A DNA stretch of 64,000 nt, taken from positions 4,765-68,764 of the forward strand of contig CAVRPK010000004.1 of the NCBI GenBank assembly GCA_963723105.1, in the 5' to 3' direction. Below are positions 10,403 to 19,248 of the stretch, in pieces. The position numbers and the translations under genes are program-made. Positions within the stretch are counted from its first letter, which is position 1. The number at the start of each line of letters is the position of its first letter. The notes under the pieces are model-generated. The model was not told the DNA's origin. It did not search any database and saw only the letters and a program-made list of their open reading frames with translations. The stretch comes from an uncultured Candidatus Micrarchaeota archaeon (GTDB lineage: Archaea; Micrarchaeota; Micrarchaeia; Anstonellales; Bilamarchaeaceae).

Positions 10403-11515
10403 ATGAACCTGGATACAGATATTGTTGAAACTGTCAGAAAAGAACACGGCGAGGAAAAAGTAATTCTATCATTGGAACAAAAAGGTTTCTGTGTCTCCCT
10501 TCTAAAAAACGGAGAAACAAGTGAAAAAGAAGTTCGCAATGTAAAAGAGTTTGCTGATCTTATAAAATCATCTTCTGTGTCCTGGGTCGACTATATCGTA
10601 GAAGATATTGCGCGGGATGCTCCAAAGGTTTCAACTTCACTAGGTTTTAGCGAGCAGCTTATCAACACACTTATTACACGTACCTCAGAAAGTGGTTATG
10701 AAGATCTTGATTCTGAGATGGGTCTTCTTGTTCCTGTTATTTTTGCAAAAGGTTTTGACGTTAGAATCGATTACATGATTCTTCTTATTCGTAAAAACGT
10801 AGTTGTCACTATACACACAACCAAATCTACCAGGTTCTTCAGATTGAGGCGCTATGGGAAAATTTTCATGAAGAAGATTAAGCTTAAGCTTTCAAAACAA
10901 GACAAGATAACTCAAATAATTTCTCGTCTTCTGGATGAAAACAACAGCAGAAACTTTGATACCCTTCGTGGAATAGAAATTGCTGCAGATAAAATAAGTG
11001 AAATGCTCTCTCGAACAGATTCAGATCGTGAAGAAGTTGGAAAGGAAATTCACAAGATGAAACATGCACTTATGATTTACATGAATGGTCTTTGGGAAAC
11101 CATTGATGTGCTCAACACATTACGTTATGGAGACCCAGAGCTTCTCAGTGATAATAGGAGGCTTCTCGAGCGTATCGGCGCGCTTACTATTGAAACCAAT
11201 TATCAGATTGAACTTGCAGAACACATGAGCCAGGTGCTATCAAGTGGCCTTGAGGTTATGCAAAGCATTTACAACAACCAATTGCAGCTATTGAATAATC
11301 GGCTTTCACTTCTTGTTGCATATCTTACTATCATTGGTACTGCGGTTCTTGTTCCAAATACTGTTGCAACTATCTTTGGTGTTCCATTCTTTGATTTTGG
11401 TCCTGATTTTCTTCCATTTTATTACGCAATTATCATTGGTTCTACCTTGATCTCTCTGATACTTGCTTATATGTGGGTTAGGACTACTGGTCTTCTTCCT
11501 AAAGATCCAGAATAA
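10403..11515 (+). CDS. CorA-like divalent cation transporter, divergent (GVP in place of GMN)
   Basis: Large cytoplasmic N-domain plus two C-terminal TMs. The loop TVATIFGVPFFDF sits where CorA has YGMNF. SD-like AGGGGTGA lies 5 nt upstream of the ATG. Confidence 0.55.
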   Translation: MNLDTDIVETVRKEHGEEKVILSLEQKGFCVSLLKNGETSEKEVRNVKEFADLIKSSSVSWVDYIVEDIARDAPKVSTSLGFSEQLINTLITRTSESGYEDLDSEMGLLVPVIFAKGFDVRIDYMILLIRKNVVVTIHTTKSTRFFRLRRYGKIFMKKIKLKLSKQDKITQIISRLLDENNSRNFDTLRGIEIAADKISEMLSRTDSDREEVGKEIHKMKHALMIYMNGLWETIDVLNTLRYGDPELLSDNRRLLERIGALTIETNYQIELAEHMSQVLSSGLEVMQSIYNNQLQLLNNRLSLLVAYLTIIGTAVLVPNTVATIFGVPFFDFGPDFLPFYYAIIIGSTLISLILAYMWVRTTGLLPKDPE

Positions 11516-11605
11516 TTTTTTCTTATTTTCTTTATCTACTGCTGATTTTGCCAATTCATAAACTATATAAATATTCTTGTTCAAACCCAAAACCCGGCGA
11601 TCTAT

Positions 11606-12922
11606 ATGAAAAGAACAATGTTTGTGCAAAGAGCAAAGGATTTGCTAACTAGGCCTATTACTTTCAAAGGTGCAGTAGAATTTATTTCAAAACTTTTTAA
11701 GCCAAATGAAATCGTTCCTATGGCTGAGCCAATAATAAAGACCCAACCAAAAGAGCGTACTGTTGATTCTGGTCTTTTTTTCCCAAATAAGCAGTCTGCA
11801 AGAACTCCTTCTCTCACTGAGCAGGGAGAGCGATATAGGAAAAATGCAGAGCGGCTCCGTAAATTTGATGCTGAACATGAGGCAAATGAACTTGATCTAA
11901 AGGCTGCTGAAAAATTCATTGAAGCTGGCCTTCTTGGAAAAGCCGAGGAAATTGGCTTAGAGTTCAAGGAGCGCGGAAGCTTTATGATCGCTGCAAAGAT
12001 ACTTTCCAATTCTGGTGCTATTCCATTCTTTGAGCTTTTGGATAATCTTGTTGAGATGGGACTACCCAAAATTGCCCAGAGAATTATCACTGAATGTTCT
12101 GGCCCAAGGGGGCTTGTGAAATATAATGAAATGTATAAACCTGCTCCAGCAGCACTAGCACAGGCATTCTCTGACCAAGAACTTATAACTTATTCAAAGA
12201 AAATGCTGCTTCAGAGGAAGAGGCATCATGTTTTCCAGCTTGCTGAAATCACTGAGAATGCAGGAAGGTTCAATGCTGCTTCTTCTCTGTATGATTCTCT
12301 TGGAATGCACAAGACAAGTACAAAGGCCAGGATAAAGGCTCATGTTGCGGATGAGAACTACCTGGATGCAGCACAACTTGCCTTAGTATATAATATGGAA
12401 GTTGAAGCACGTGATTTGGGTTTCGAAGCAGCAAAGGCAGGACAAATCATTGTTTCAGCAGAAATCTTCAATCTTACTGGAGATAAAAAAACTGCCCATG
12501 CATTTGCAGCACAGGCAGCAACTCAGTCTGGGGATGACCCTGCTGCAGTTGAACTCTTCTTCAAGTCTGCAGATTATGGCTCTCTTTTCCTTATGAGTGG
12601 ACCTGATAAGGATCTTCTTATTTCATGCTCCAGGAAGGCTCTGACTGATGCTCTTCGCCACCTTTCAAATGACAATCTTCAATTATCATATTTCCACTCT
12701 CACAGGCCTGAGATTCTCGAAGGCGCGCTCCTGCTCTTTGAAGCTGGAAACAAGCAGGAAGCATTTGAATTTGCAAGTTCTATGAGGATGCTTGCCGATA
12801 GGCTCTCAAGTCCATTCTGCTTTGAAGTTGCTAAGAGAATATATGAGCGTGGTGCAGTAAGTCTGCTGCGAAAACAGTCTCTTGCACCAGTAATTCCATT
12901 GCGTTCGTCTGCTGCAGCATAA
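11606..12922 (+). CDS. Hypothetical alpha-helical repeat protein (438 aa)
   Basis: Long ORF with a TATA-like ACTATATAAATA about 30 nt upstream. Ala/Leu-rich helical repeats and no motif I recognise. Confidence 0.6.
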   Translation: MKRTMFVQRAKDLLTRPITFKGAVEFISKLFKPNEIVPMAEPIIKTQPKERTVDSGLFFPNKQSARTPSLTEQGERYRKNAERLRKFDAEHEANELDLKAAEKFIEAGLLGKAEEIGLEFKERGSFMIAAKILSNSGAIPFFELLDNLVEMGLPKIAQRIITECSGPRGLVKYNEMYKPAPAALAQAFSDQELITYSKKMLLQRKRHHVFQLAEITENAGRFNAASSLYDSLGMHKTSTKARIKAHVADENYLDAAQLALVYNMEVEARDLGFEAAKAGQIIVSAEIFNLTGDKKTAHAFAAQAATQSGDDPAAVELFFKSADYGSLFLMSGPDKDLLISCSRKALTDALRHLSNDNLQLSYFHSHRPEILEGALLLFEAGNKQEAFEFASSMRMLADRLSSPFCFEVAKRIYERGAVSLLRKQSLAPVIPLRSSAAA

Positions 12923-13031
12923 TATTAATCCGTCAATTGCCGACAGGTAACCGAAAAGTATTTAAATCCGTGTGCCTATTTTAAGTTTAGCAAATTTTAA
13001 AAATGTTTACTATATTTTGGGAGGATTAAAT

Positions 13032-13958
13032 ATGTCAGCAACTGGTTCTCAAGCTACCAAGAAATGTCCGGAATGCGGAAGCAAGAGAATAGTACGGGAT
13101 TATGAAAAAGGAGAGTTGATTTGTTCGCAATGCGGTCTTATTATCGCCGAAAATATCCATGATATGGGTCCTGAATGGCGTGCCTTTGATGCAGAACAAA
13201 AAGAGAAGAAAGCTCGAGGTGGAGCTCCAATCAAGTTCATGAGGCCAAACAAAGGTCTTGTTACTGAGATTGATCAATACAACCGAGATATTCGAGGAGG
13301 TAAGATCAGTCCCAAGAAACAGGCTCAGCTATATCGTATGAGAAAATGGCACAAGAGAGTCTCTATTGCAACTTCAATGGAAAGAAACCTGGTTATTGCT
13401 CTAGCTGAGCTTGACCGTGTGGCATCTTCATTGGGACTTCCAGAAAACATCAAAGAAAGCGCAGCACTTCTGTATAGGAGAGCTGTTAAGGAAGAACTCA
13501 TTCGAGGAAGACTTATTGAAAGCGTTGTTGCAGCAGTTATTTATGCTATATGCAGACTTCAGGGAATTCCAAGAACACTTGATGAAATATCTCGTGCATC
13601 TGGTATTGAGAAAAAGGAAATTGGGCGAGCATACAGATTCCTTAAGGCAGAACTTAAGATCGATGTTCCTCTAACTGACCCAGCTCAATATGTTCCAAAG
13701 TTTGCAACTGCACTTAAGCTTGGTCCTGAAGTTCAGGAAGAAGCAATTAAGCTGATCAAAAAAGCTCTTAAGAAAGGTCTTATCTCTGGCCGTGGTCCAA
13801 CTGGTGTTGCGGCAGCAGCACTGTACATTGCAAGTGCAATGCACGGAGAGAAAAAGACTCAGAAGGAAGTTGCTGATGTTGCTGGAGTGACTGAGGTTAC
13901 AATCCGAAACAGATACAGGGAACTTAAGAAAGAGCTTGGTCTCAAAGTTAATCTCTAA
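13032..13958 (+). CDS. tfb: Transcription initiation factor IIB (TFB)
   Basis: Zn ribbon CPECGS..CSQCG, a B-linker and two cyclin-fold repeats (LGLPENIKESAALLYRRA and LKLGPEVQEEAIKLIKKA). Start moved to ATG 13032 (MSATGSQ), preceded by GGGAGG (13019-13024) and ATTTTAAAAAT (12994-13004). Confidence 0.95.
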   Translation: MSATGSQATKKCPECGSKRIVRDYEKGELICSQCGLIIAENIHDMGPEWRAFDAEQKEKKARGGAPIKFMRPNKGLVTEIDQYNRDIRGGKISPKKQAQLYRMRKWHKRVSIATSMERNLVIALAELDRVASSLGLPENIKESAALLYRRAVKEELIRGRLIESVVAAVIYAICRLQGIPRTLDEISRASGIEKKEIGRAYRFLKAELKIDVPLTDPAQYVPKFATALKLGPEVQEEAIKLIKKALKKGLISGRGPTGVAAAALYIASAMHGEKKTQKEVADVAGVTEVTIRNRYRELKKELGLKVNL

Positions 13959-13959
13959 A

Positions 13960-13978
13960 TTTTTTTCTTTATTTTCTA
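13960..13978 (+). terminator. Oligo-T archaeal terminator after tfb
   Basis: A T7 run starts 2 nt after the TAA stop and is followed by further T-tracts (tttttttctttattttc). Confidence 0.4.
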
Positions 13979-13997
13979 ATTTTTCAGTTGTGGTCTT

Positions 13998-14225
13998 ATG
14001 CAGATATTTCCGAAAAAATTCGATAAAAAGGAATGGCTTGTTCTGATTGTTGCATTTCTAATTAACTCAACTATTTTTGCAGTACTTGAATATGGCTATG
14101 GGATTCGATTAGAATTTGGTGTGATATTGAATGTTGTAATAAAAACATTAATTCTGGTTCTTGTTACCTATCCTGTTGTTCGTGGGATCTACCTTCGCTT
14201 GGATCTTGCTAGATTTCTCAAGTAA
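13998..14225 (+). CDS. Small membrane protein (75 aa, 2 TM)
   Basis: The ORF has two clear hydrophobic helices (WLVLIVAFLINSTIFAVL and VVIKTLILVLVTYPVV). No homology recognised. Confidence 0.45.
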   Translation: MQIFPKKFDKKEWLVLIVAFLINSTIFAVLEYGYGIRLEFGVILNVVIKTLILVLVTYPVVRGIYLRLDLARFLK

Positions 14226-14227
14226 AG

Positions 14228-14491
14228 TTACTTTTTTGAGCGCAGCCTTGTTACTACGAATACGATTACTGACAGGATCAGGCTTGTTAGAGCAATTGCC
14301 CCTATCCAGGTATGCCTGATGTCGCATGGCGCCAGCATTAAAAGGCAATTCCAATCCCCTCCAAATATTATGGATGAGGGACAGCAATATTCTCCGGGCA
14401 GTGCATATACTTGTTTTGGAATTACTACATATCCTACAAATGCAACTGCTGAAGCAATTATCCAATAGTAAATCATTTTCATTTTTTCCAT
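14228..14491 (-). CDS. Small membrane protein (87 aa)
   Basis: N- and C-terminal TM helices flank a Cys-containing loop. Preferred over the overlapping 124-aa ORF 14148..14522, which lacks such features. Confidence 0.4.
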   Translation of the reverse strand: MEKMKMIYYWIIASAVAFVGYVVIPKQVYALPGEYCCPSSIIFGGDWNCLLMLAPCDIRHTWIGAIALTSLILSVIVFVVTRLRSKK

Positions 14492-14804
14492 GAAAACTAG
14501 TATGATTATGCTCCATTATCAAAATTATGAAATACTTCGGTCATTACCGTATCAGATTGATAAGTATCATCATAGAGTTCCAGGATCACTCCCAGCTCCC
14601 AAATTCTTACGAATTCGAGACTCTCAGTTTGTCGAACAATCATCACGTAATGATGAATTGTCTAAGAATGCTTTAAATATGGTCTATGGGTTTGGTTGGC
14701 ACATCTAACTAGAGCGAACAAAAGGACTGGAGAATGAGGATGCCATGACAAAAACTTAATAATCCTGATGATATATCTTGAGTAGACTTGACTCATGTGA
14801 TTCC

Positions 14805-15194
14805 ATGGCAGAAAAAAATCAACAAATCAATGCAAAAAAATTTTGTTTCAAATGTGGAGCAGAAATTTTTGAAGAAGCAGAGATATGTCCGAAATGCGGC
14901 GTAAGGCAATTTACACCAGTATCTGAAGTTAATGTAAGCTCAGTTACATCAAGCAGAGGTACTACGAGTCCAGGCATAGCTACGATACTAAGTTTTCTCT
15001 TTCCTGGTCTAGGTCACATTTATCTCGGAGATATATTCTTCGGATTAATAATTATGGTTTTATACGCTTGCTCGTGGGGCCTTGCCATTCTTACTGCTTT
15101 CATATGTTCTCCAATTCCCATACTCTTATGGCTTTGGTCCATGTATGATTCATATAATCTAGCACTAAAGATAAACAAAGGAGAAGTCGAATAG
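14805..15194 (+). CDS. Zinc-ribbon membrane protein (TM2-like)
   Basis: CFKCGAEIFEEAEICPKCG zinc ribbon, then two TMs with FLFPGLGHIYLGD. ATG 14805 is preferred over the TTG at 14778. Confidence 0.55.
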   Translation: MAEKNQQINAKKFCFKCGAEIFEEAEICPKCGVRQFTPVSEVNVSSVTSSRGTTSPGIATILSFLFPGLGHIYLGDIFFGLIIMVLYACSWGLAILTAFICSPIPILLWLWSMYDSYNLALKINKGEVE

Positions 15195-15204
15195 TACTTT
15201 TTTA

Positions 15205-15519
15205 TCATCCGTACTGGGTATCCTGCTCTACTGGCTTGGAATGAACTGGCTTTGGAAACAGAGACTGCACAAAAGTATTGACTTCATTGTGAAGGTTGAG
15301 GACTAGCTGCTGATATGTAAGGAAATCAGTCTTATCCAGTTTTGTATTAGACAATCTCATATTTCTTGTCTGAAGCGAAACTCCTTTCTCACTTACTTTC
15401 TTATCCTCAACATAACTAATAGTTGCAATATACGGAACTCCATTCAATTCCTTATCCAGCATTTTGTTTATCCTATCAATTCTTTCTTTAATCTCTTTTT
15501 TCTCTTCCATGATCTTCAC
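15205..15519 (-). CDS. Hypothetical protein (104 aa)
   Basis: ORF only, with a charged coiled-coil N-terminus. No motif recognised. Confidence 0.4.
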   Translation of the reverse strand: MKIMEEKKEIKERIDRINKMLDKELNGVPYIATISYVEDKKVSEKGVSLQTRNMRLSNTKLDKTDFLTYQQLVLNLHNEVNTFVQSLFPKPVHSKPVEQDTQYG

Positions 15520-15612
15520 CTTTTTTGAACTATGTGATTAGACTCATAATAATCTGCCACCAGTTAAAAACCGTACCGAAAGCAATAAAATCACGCAAGC
15601 GGTTTTCTACTT

Positions 15613-16554
15613 ATGAAAGCGCTTATCTTTGCGGAAGGCAATGGTTTTGGCCATGCTTCCCGCGATTCAATTATTTCAGAAAAATTCAATTTTCCTATCA
15701 TGACCTTTGGCAATGGGGCCCAATTCTGCAAAATGAATGATATTGATTTGATAGAAATTCCTGCTCCATACACTATCAAAAAAGTAAAAAACAGAGTCAA
15801 GATAGTAACAAATCCTGGGGAGATACTGAAGCTGGCGAGTCCCAAAACAATCCAATCAATCAAAGAGCATTTCGCAGATTATGATTACATCATCGTAGAT
15901 GGCTCTCCTCTTGGCCTGGCAATTTCTATGGCCATGAAAAAGAAAGCAATATACATCACCAATGATACCTCATCCTTGGTTGGCATCAATGGAAAAGTTT
16001 CAAAAAAAGTTGCAGCTTCTCTATATAATCAAATATTATCCTATCCGGAAAAAATAGTTATTCCTGATTTTTCTCCTCCGCTTACAGTAACTTCAAAAAA
16101 TCTAAATCCAAACCTTCCGATGGTTTTCAGCGGACCACTCGTCAAGAAAAGAAAACAAATCTCTCATAAAAAGAAAATCATAGTTGCAGGAAGGCTTGAA
16201 GAAGAGCTTCGGCCATTTCTTGGAGATGATGCACTATATGGGAATACTGTGGAACATCTAAGTTCTTACTATCGGGACTGCGAAGTTGTAATATGCCATG
16301 GTGGACACACAACAATCATGGAAGCTCTTTCATTTGGAAAACCTGTCATTGTTATTGAAAACTCAAAGCATACTGAGAGATACAACAATGCACTGGTTCT
16401 TGAAGAAAAAAATGTTGGAATTGTTTTAGAAAAATACATTCTCACAAGAGAAAGCCTGCATTCTGCAATTGAATATGCAAAAACCCTGGATCACTCAAGA
16501 CTTTCATTATACAAAAAACAATCAAAACCAAATCTGGATGTTTTTTCTCTTTAG
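15613..16554 (+). CDS. GT-B glycosyltransferase (MurG/GT28-GT1-like, archaeal MJ1255-type)
   Basis: N-terminal EGNGFGHASRD and C-terminal ICHGGHTTIMEALSFGKPVIVI nucleotide-sugar binding motifs. Confidence 0.7.
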   Translation: MKALIFAEGNGFGHASRDSIISEKFNFPIMTFGNGAQFCKMNDIDLIEIPAPYTIKKVKNRVKIVTNPGEILKLASPKTIQSIKEHFADYDYIIVDGSPLGLAISMAMKKKAIYITNDTSSLVGINGKVSKKVAASLYNQILSYPEKIVIPDFSPPLTVTSKNLNPNLPMVFSGPLVKKRKQISHKKKIIVAGRLEEELRPFLGDDALYGNTVEHLSSYYRDCEVVICHGGHTTIMEALSFGKPVIVIENSKHTERYNNALVLEEKNVGIVLEKYILTRESLHSAIEYAKTLDHSRLSLYKKQSKPNLDVFSL

Positions 16555-16591
16555 TAGGGTTTTTAACCTTAGGATGTCATATTTTTCATAA

Positions 16592-16651
16592 GTGATGAAA
16601 AAGCAATACCTCTGAGGGTTTGCCCCCTATGAAGAAGATCTTGAGTACTGA
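16592..16651 (+). ncRNA. Candidate C/D-box sRNA (2'-O-methylation guide)
   Basis: Lies in a 233-nt intergenic region. C box GTGATGA is at 16592-16598, followed by 13 nt, then D' CTGA at 16612-16615. After another 13 nt comes C' ATGAAGA at 16629-16635 (6/7 match), then 12 nt, then D CTGA at 16648-16651. A TATA-like TTTTTAA at 16560-16566 lies about 28 nt upstream. Confidence 0.5.
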
Positions 16652-16713
16652 CAAAAAGAAATCAAGAGACTTGAAACAAATTCAAGGTAATCTTGAGTTC
16701 TGACAAAAAGAAA
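16638..16713 (+). repeat. 24-nt direct repeat, two copies (23/24 identical), 52-nt period
   Basis: ATCTTGAGTaCTGACAAAAAGAAA at 16638-16661 and ATCTTGAGTtCTGACAAAAAGAAA at 16690-16713. Both continue into CTTGAAA; copy 1 has an 8-nt insertion first. Copy 1 covers the D guide and D box of the sRNA candidate. Confidence 0.8.
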
Positions 16714-16727
16714 CTTGAAATGCTTTT

Positions 16728-16772
16728 GATATAAAAAAAGGAGGAACGCCATCCAAGTTTTTGGCGTCCCTC
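16728..16772 (-). terminator. Hairpin plus U-tract terminator downstream of the acidic secreted protein gene
   Basis: On the minus strand, 15 nt after the stop at 16788, there is a GC-rich stem GAGGGACGCCA/TGGCGTTCCTC (one bulge) with a 9-nt loop, followed by CTTTTTTTAT. Confidence 0.5.
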
Positions 16773-16787
16773 TAAACATCTGGCCTA

Positions 16788-17648
16788 TTAATCCTCTTCT
16801 TCTTCGGATTCGTCGTCCTCAGATTCGTCTTCATCTTCAGATTCGTTTTCGGATTCATCTTCATCCTCAGAGTCATCTTTGGATTTTCCTGTTTTATCCT
16901 TTGTTTTTTCTTCTGTTTTTGTCTTATTCTGGCTCTTAGTCACATTCCCTTTTCCATTTTCTGATTCAGTTTCGTTTTCATCAAACTCATCCTCATCAGT
17001 TTCTGTCTCATTGCCCTTGTTCATTTTTTTCTGCTCTTTATATTCCTCTTTTTCCTGAACTTTTTCCTCATGCCTCTCCTGGTTCATTATGGAGTTGTTT
17101 AGAGCACGTAGCACTCCGTCCTTTGCTGATTCAGGTACTTTTTCATAAACTCTCTGCAGTACGGTTATGCTGTTTCTAAGCTGGGTTTCAACTTCCTCAA
17201 TATCTTCTTCATCTGCACTGCCTTCTTCAATAGCTCCCTCAAGCTCTTGCTGGGCATCTTCCATCTCATCATTCTGCTCCTCAGTAAGATTTTCTACTGC
17301 AGCAAGGGTTTCATTGGCCTCAGATTCTTTTCCTTCTGCTAAGAGCTGCTGGTATTTTTTAGTCATAACATGCGCTTCAACTGCACGAAGCTTTCCATAT
17401 TTTGCATGCTTTTTTGCTTTCTCAGCTTTGTCGAGTGTGAAAAACTTATCCACATTTTCAAAGAACCTCTGGAATCCATAACCCAGATCTCCAGGAAGTG
17501 CTCCTACTTCCTCCTCAACAAATGATAATTCTTCTTGAACTACAGTTTCATTACTAACTACTGTAACATTGCTTTCATTTGTTTCAGTTACCGCAAAAAC
17601 TGGAACTGCCAGAACTGCCAAAACAAGTACAAACATCATAATCTTCAT
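16788..17648 (-). CDS. Secreted acidic helical protein with poly-Asp/Glu/Ser tail
   Basis: Start moved to MKIMMFVLVLAVLAVPVFA (signal peptide). The body is helical and Glu-rich, ending in SEDEDESENESEDEDESEDDESEEEED. It resembles the DUF5667-type secreted proteins I remember from CPR/DPANN genomes, but I am not certain of that. Confidence 0.6.
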   Translation of the reverse strand: MKIMMFVLVLAVLAVPVFAVTETNESNVTVVSNETVVQEELSFVEEEVGALPGDLGYGFQRFFENVDKFFTLDKAEKAKKHAKYGKLRAVEAHVMTKKYQQLLAEGKESEANETLAAVENLTEEQNDEMEDAQQELEGAIEEGSADEEDIEEVETQLRNSITVLQRVYEKVPESAKDGVLRALNNSIMNQERHEEKVQEKEEYKEQKKMNKGNETETDEDEFDENETESENGKGNVTKSQNKTKTEEKTKDKTGKSKDDSEDEDESENESEDEDESEDDESEEEED

Positions 17649-17742
17649 ACATATCATCTCCATCCCAACTGGGACGAACAAATAAAAGCGTGAACAGAAT
17701 ATAATCTGTTCAGGGAACAAGCGTGAACTTTGGAGAATCTGG

Positions 17743-18576
17743 ATGAACAAAGCATTTTTTTTGCTTTTAGTACTTGCGTCTTCTGCCTATTCATCAGATT
17801 TAATCACACTTGATGTTGAACGCTCTGGTTTAACTTCAGTCATACTTTCGCTTGAAGGTGGTGGATCATCATCAGTATTCATCCCGCAAGATTCGTCAAA
17901 TTTCCGGATTGTGGGAGGATCTTACAAGATTGTAAATAATACAGCAACCATATCAGCAGGTCCATCTGGATTCACAACTTTTTCATATTCCTCATCTGAA
18001 CTTACGACGAAAACATCAAGCAGCTGGAAGCTTTTCTTTACTGCACCTGAGAATTCAATTGTATCTGTTTACATGCCAGCACACGCTGAAATTTTATCCT
18101 CCTCTCCAAAACCAGTAAAGGTTTCTGCAGATGATTCCAGAGCCTCGCTCGAATTTCAAGGTGGACAGATCAGTCTTGAATATGAACTTAAGAATCCTCC
18201 AGAGCCAGAGCAATCCGACTCAGGACTCATTCTTCCCTCAGTAATTATTCTTGCAATGTCAATAGTTATTGCAGCCTATCTGCTGCGGACTAAAAGTCAC
18301 GAACGACAAGTATCAGAAAAAAAACCTTCACTTGGATTGACTTCTGGAAAAAAGGAGATGATGGAAACATTTAATGAAAATGACAAGATCATCGTAGACT
18401 ATCTTCTTTCCTGCGAGGGCAAATCAAAAAGAAATGATCTTGAGAAGAAGACTGCAATCAGTAAATCAAGTCTGGCCAAAGCGATAAACCGGCTTGAAAA
18501 AAGAAAAATAATCGAGATAGACAGAACTTCTACTACTCATTTTGTGAAGCTCTCAGAGTATTTCCTAAAACTTTAA
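17743..18576 (+). CDS. Membrane-anchored winged-helix regulator (signal peptide, beta-rich ectodomain, TM, cytoplasmic wHTH; COG2512-like)
   Basis: Signal FFLLLVLASSAYS and TM ILPSVIILAMSIVIAAYLL. C-terminal FNENDKIIVDYLLSCEGKSKRNDLEKKTAISKSSLAKAINRLEKRKIIEI is a MarR/wHTH-like motif. Paralog of 56220..57101. Confidence 0.65.
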   Translation: MNKAFFLLLVLASSAYSSDLITLDVERSGLTSVILSLEGGGSSSVFIPQDSSNFRIVGGSYKIVNNTATISAGPSGFTTFSYSSSELTTKTSSSWKLFFTAPENSIVSVYMPAHAEILSSSPKPVKVSADDSRASLEFQGGQISLEYELKNPPEPEQSDSGLILPSVIILAMSIVIAAYLLRTKSHERQVSEKKPSLGLTSGKKEMMETFNENDKIIVDYLLSCEGKSKRNDLEKKTAISKSSLAKAINRLEKRKIIEIDRTSTTHFVKLSEYFLKL

Positions 18577-18606
18577 TCCATTAATTATGTCCAAATACGA
18601 ACTTTT

Positions 18607-18617
18607 CCATTTAAATA
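18607..18617 (+). promoter_or_regulatory. TATA box/BRE (CCATTTAAATA) for 18642 gene
   Basis: Lies about 29 nt upstream of ATG 18642 with no SD, which suggests a leaderless mRNA. Confidence 0.5.
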
Positions 18618-18641
18618 TTTTCTACAACAATATTCATCCTA

Positions 18642-19142
18642 ATGTCTTCTCACAAAGTTTCAATTCAGCTATCCAAAGTCCCAGATTCACTTGGAGATAA
18701 AAGACTTGACGGATTGCTCAAGCGAGCGCGGAGAATCAGCTTTACAAGATTAATGTCAACTGATCCAAATAACATCCAACTGCCTATCCCAACGCATCTT
18801 CTTCTAACCAAATCTGGTGAGATTTATCTGTTTATATATACTCTTCAAAATGGTGATGGGCTTGATACCAACCTATATGCAAAAACTGCAGAAATATTCG
18901 GGCCTCTTGATGTAAATAGGAATTTCCGGCGGCAAATATCCCTAAAGTATGGATGGGTAGATACGCAAGATCCGAACGAGCGACAGCTTGCTTATGACAA
19001 AATGAATTCTCTTGATGTTGCATTTTCATATGCTTTGGATTTGCGTGATCTATGTGCTTCGCAGAGAATTGCACTTGAGGCAATTGCCAAATGCGATATG
19101 GAAACTCTTCAGAGAGTTTGCCCAGCTTGGCAGATGGCATAA
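18642..19142 (+). CDS. Hypothetical protein (166 aa)
   Basis: ORF with its own TATA. No motif recognised. Confidence 0.5.
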   Translation: MSSHKVSIQLSKVPDSLGDKRLDGLLKRARRISFTRLMSTDPNNIQLPIPTHLLLTKSGEIYLFIYTLQNGDGLDTNLYAKTAEIFGPLDVNRNFRRQISLKYGWVDTQDPNERQLAYDKMNSLDVAFSYALDLRDLCASQRIALEAIAKCDMETLQRVCPAWQMA

Positions 19143-19248
19143 CTGTTTTTCTCAAGTGTATGCGCTCAAAAAATCTCTCAAAAAATATGCGCGTCTACAG
19201 AAAAAACCCCAAGACTTTTTTATTTCAGATTAGTTAGTATTCCATCTT

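Noticed and set aside
11602-12090. 162-aa minus-strand ORF antisense to 11606..12922
   Set aside because: It is fully contained antisense to a longer ORF that has a promoter. Its Ser/Phe/Ile-rich composition is typical of an antisense frame.
14490-14708. 72-aa ORF in the 313-nt gap between 14491 and 14805
   Set aside because: It has no TM, motif or SD and its composition is not protein-like. An ATGATGA C-box-like heptamer near 14650 has no CTGA at guide distance. The gap is long for this genome and remains unexplained, but I cannot support a feature there.
14775-14784. 10-mer ATCTTGAGTA shared with 16638/16690, and 14-mer TTTCTACAACAATA shared between 18619-18632 and 21749-21762
   Set aside because: Exact matches of this length are expected by chance in 128 kb of AT-rich two-strand sequence. 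The expected number of 14-mer coincidences is of order 10 or more window-wide. Only the 24-nt repeat at 16.6 kb is significant.
16800-16900. Periodic DNA repeats (tcagattcgtc-like), and the similar aaaaaacc periodicity at 55990-56215
   Set aside because: These are coding low-complexity sequence (the poly-D/E/S tail and the KKP tail), not CRISPR or satellite repeats. No repeat-spacer architecture occurs anywhere in the window.
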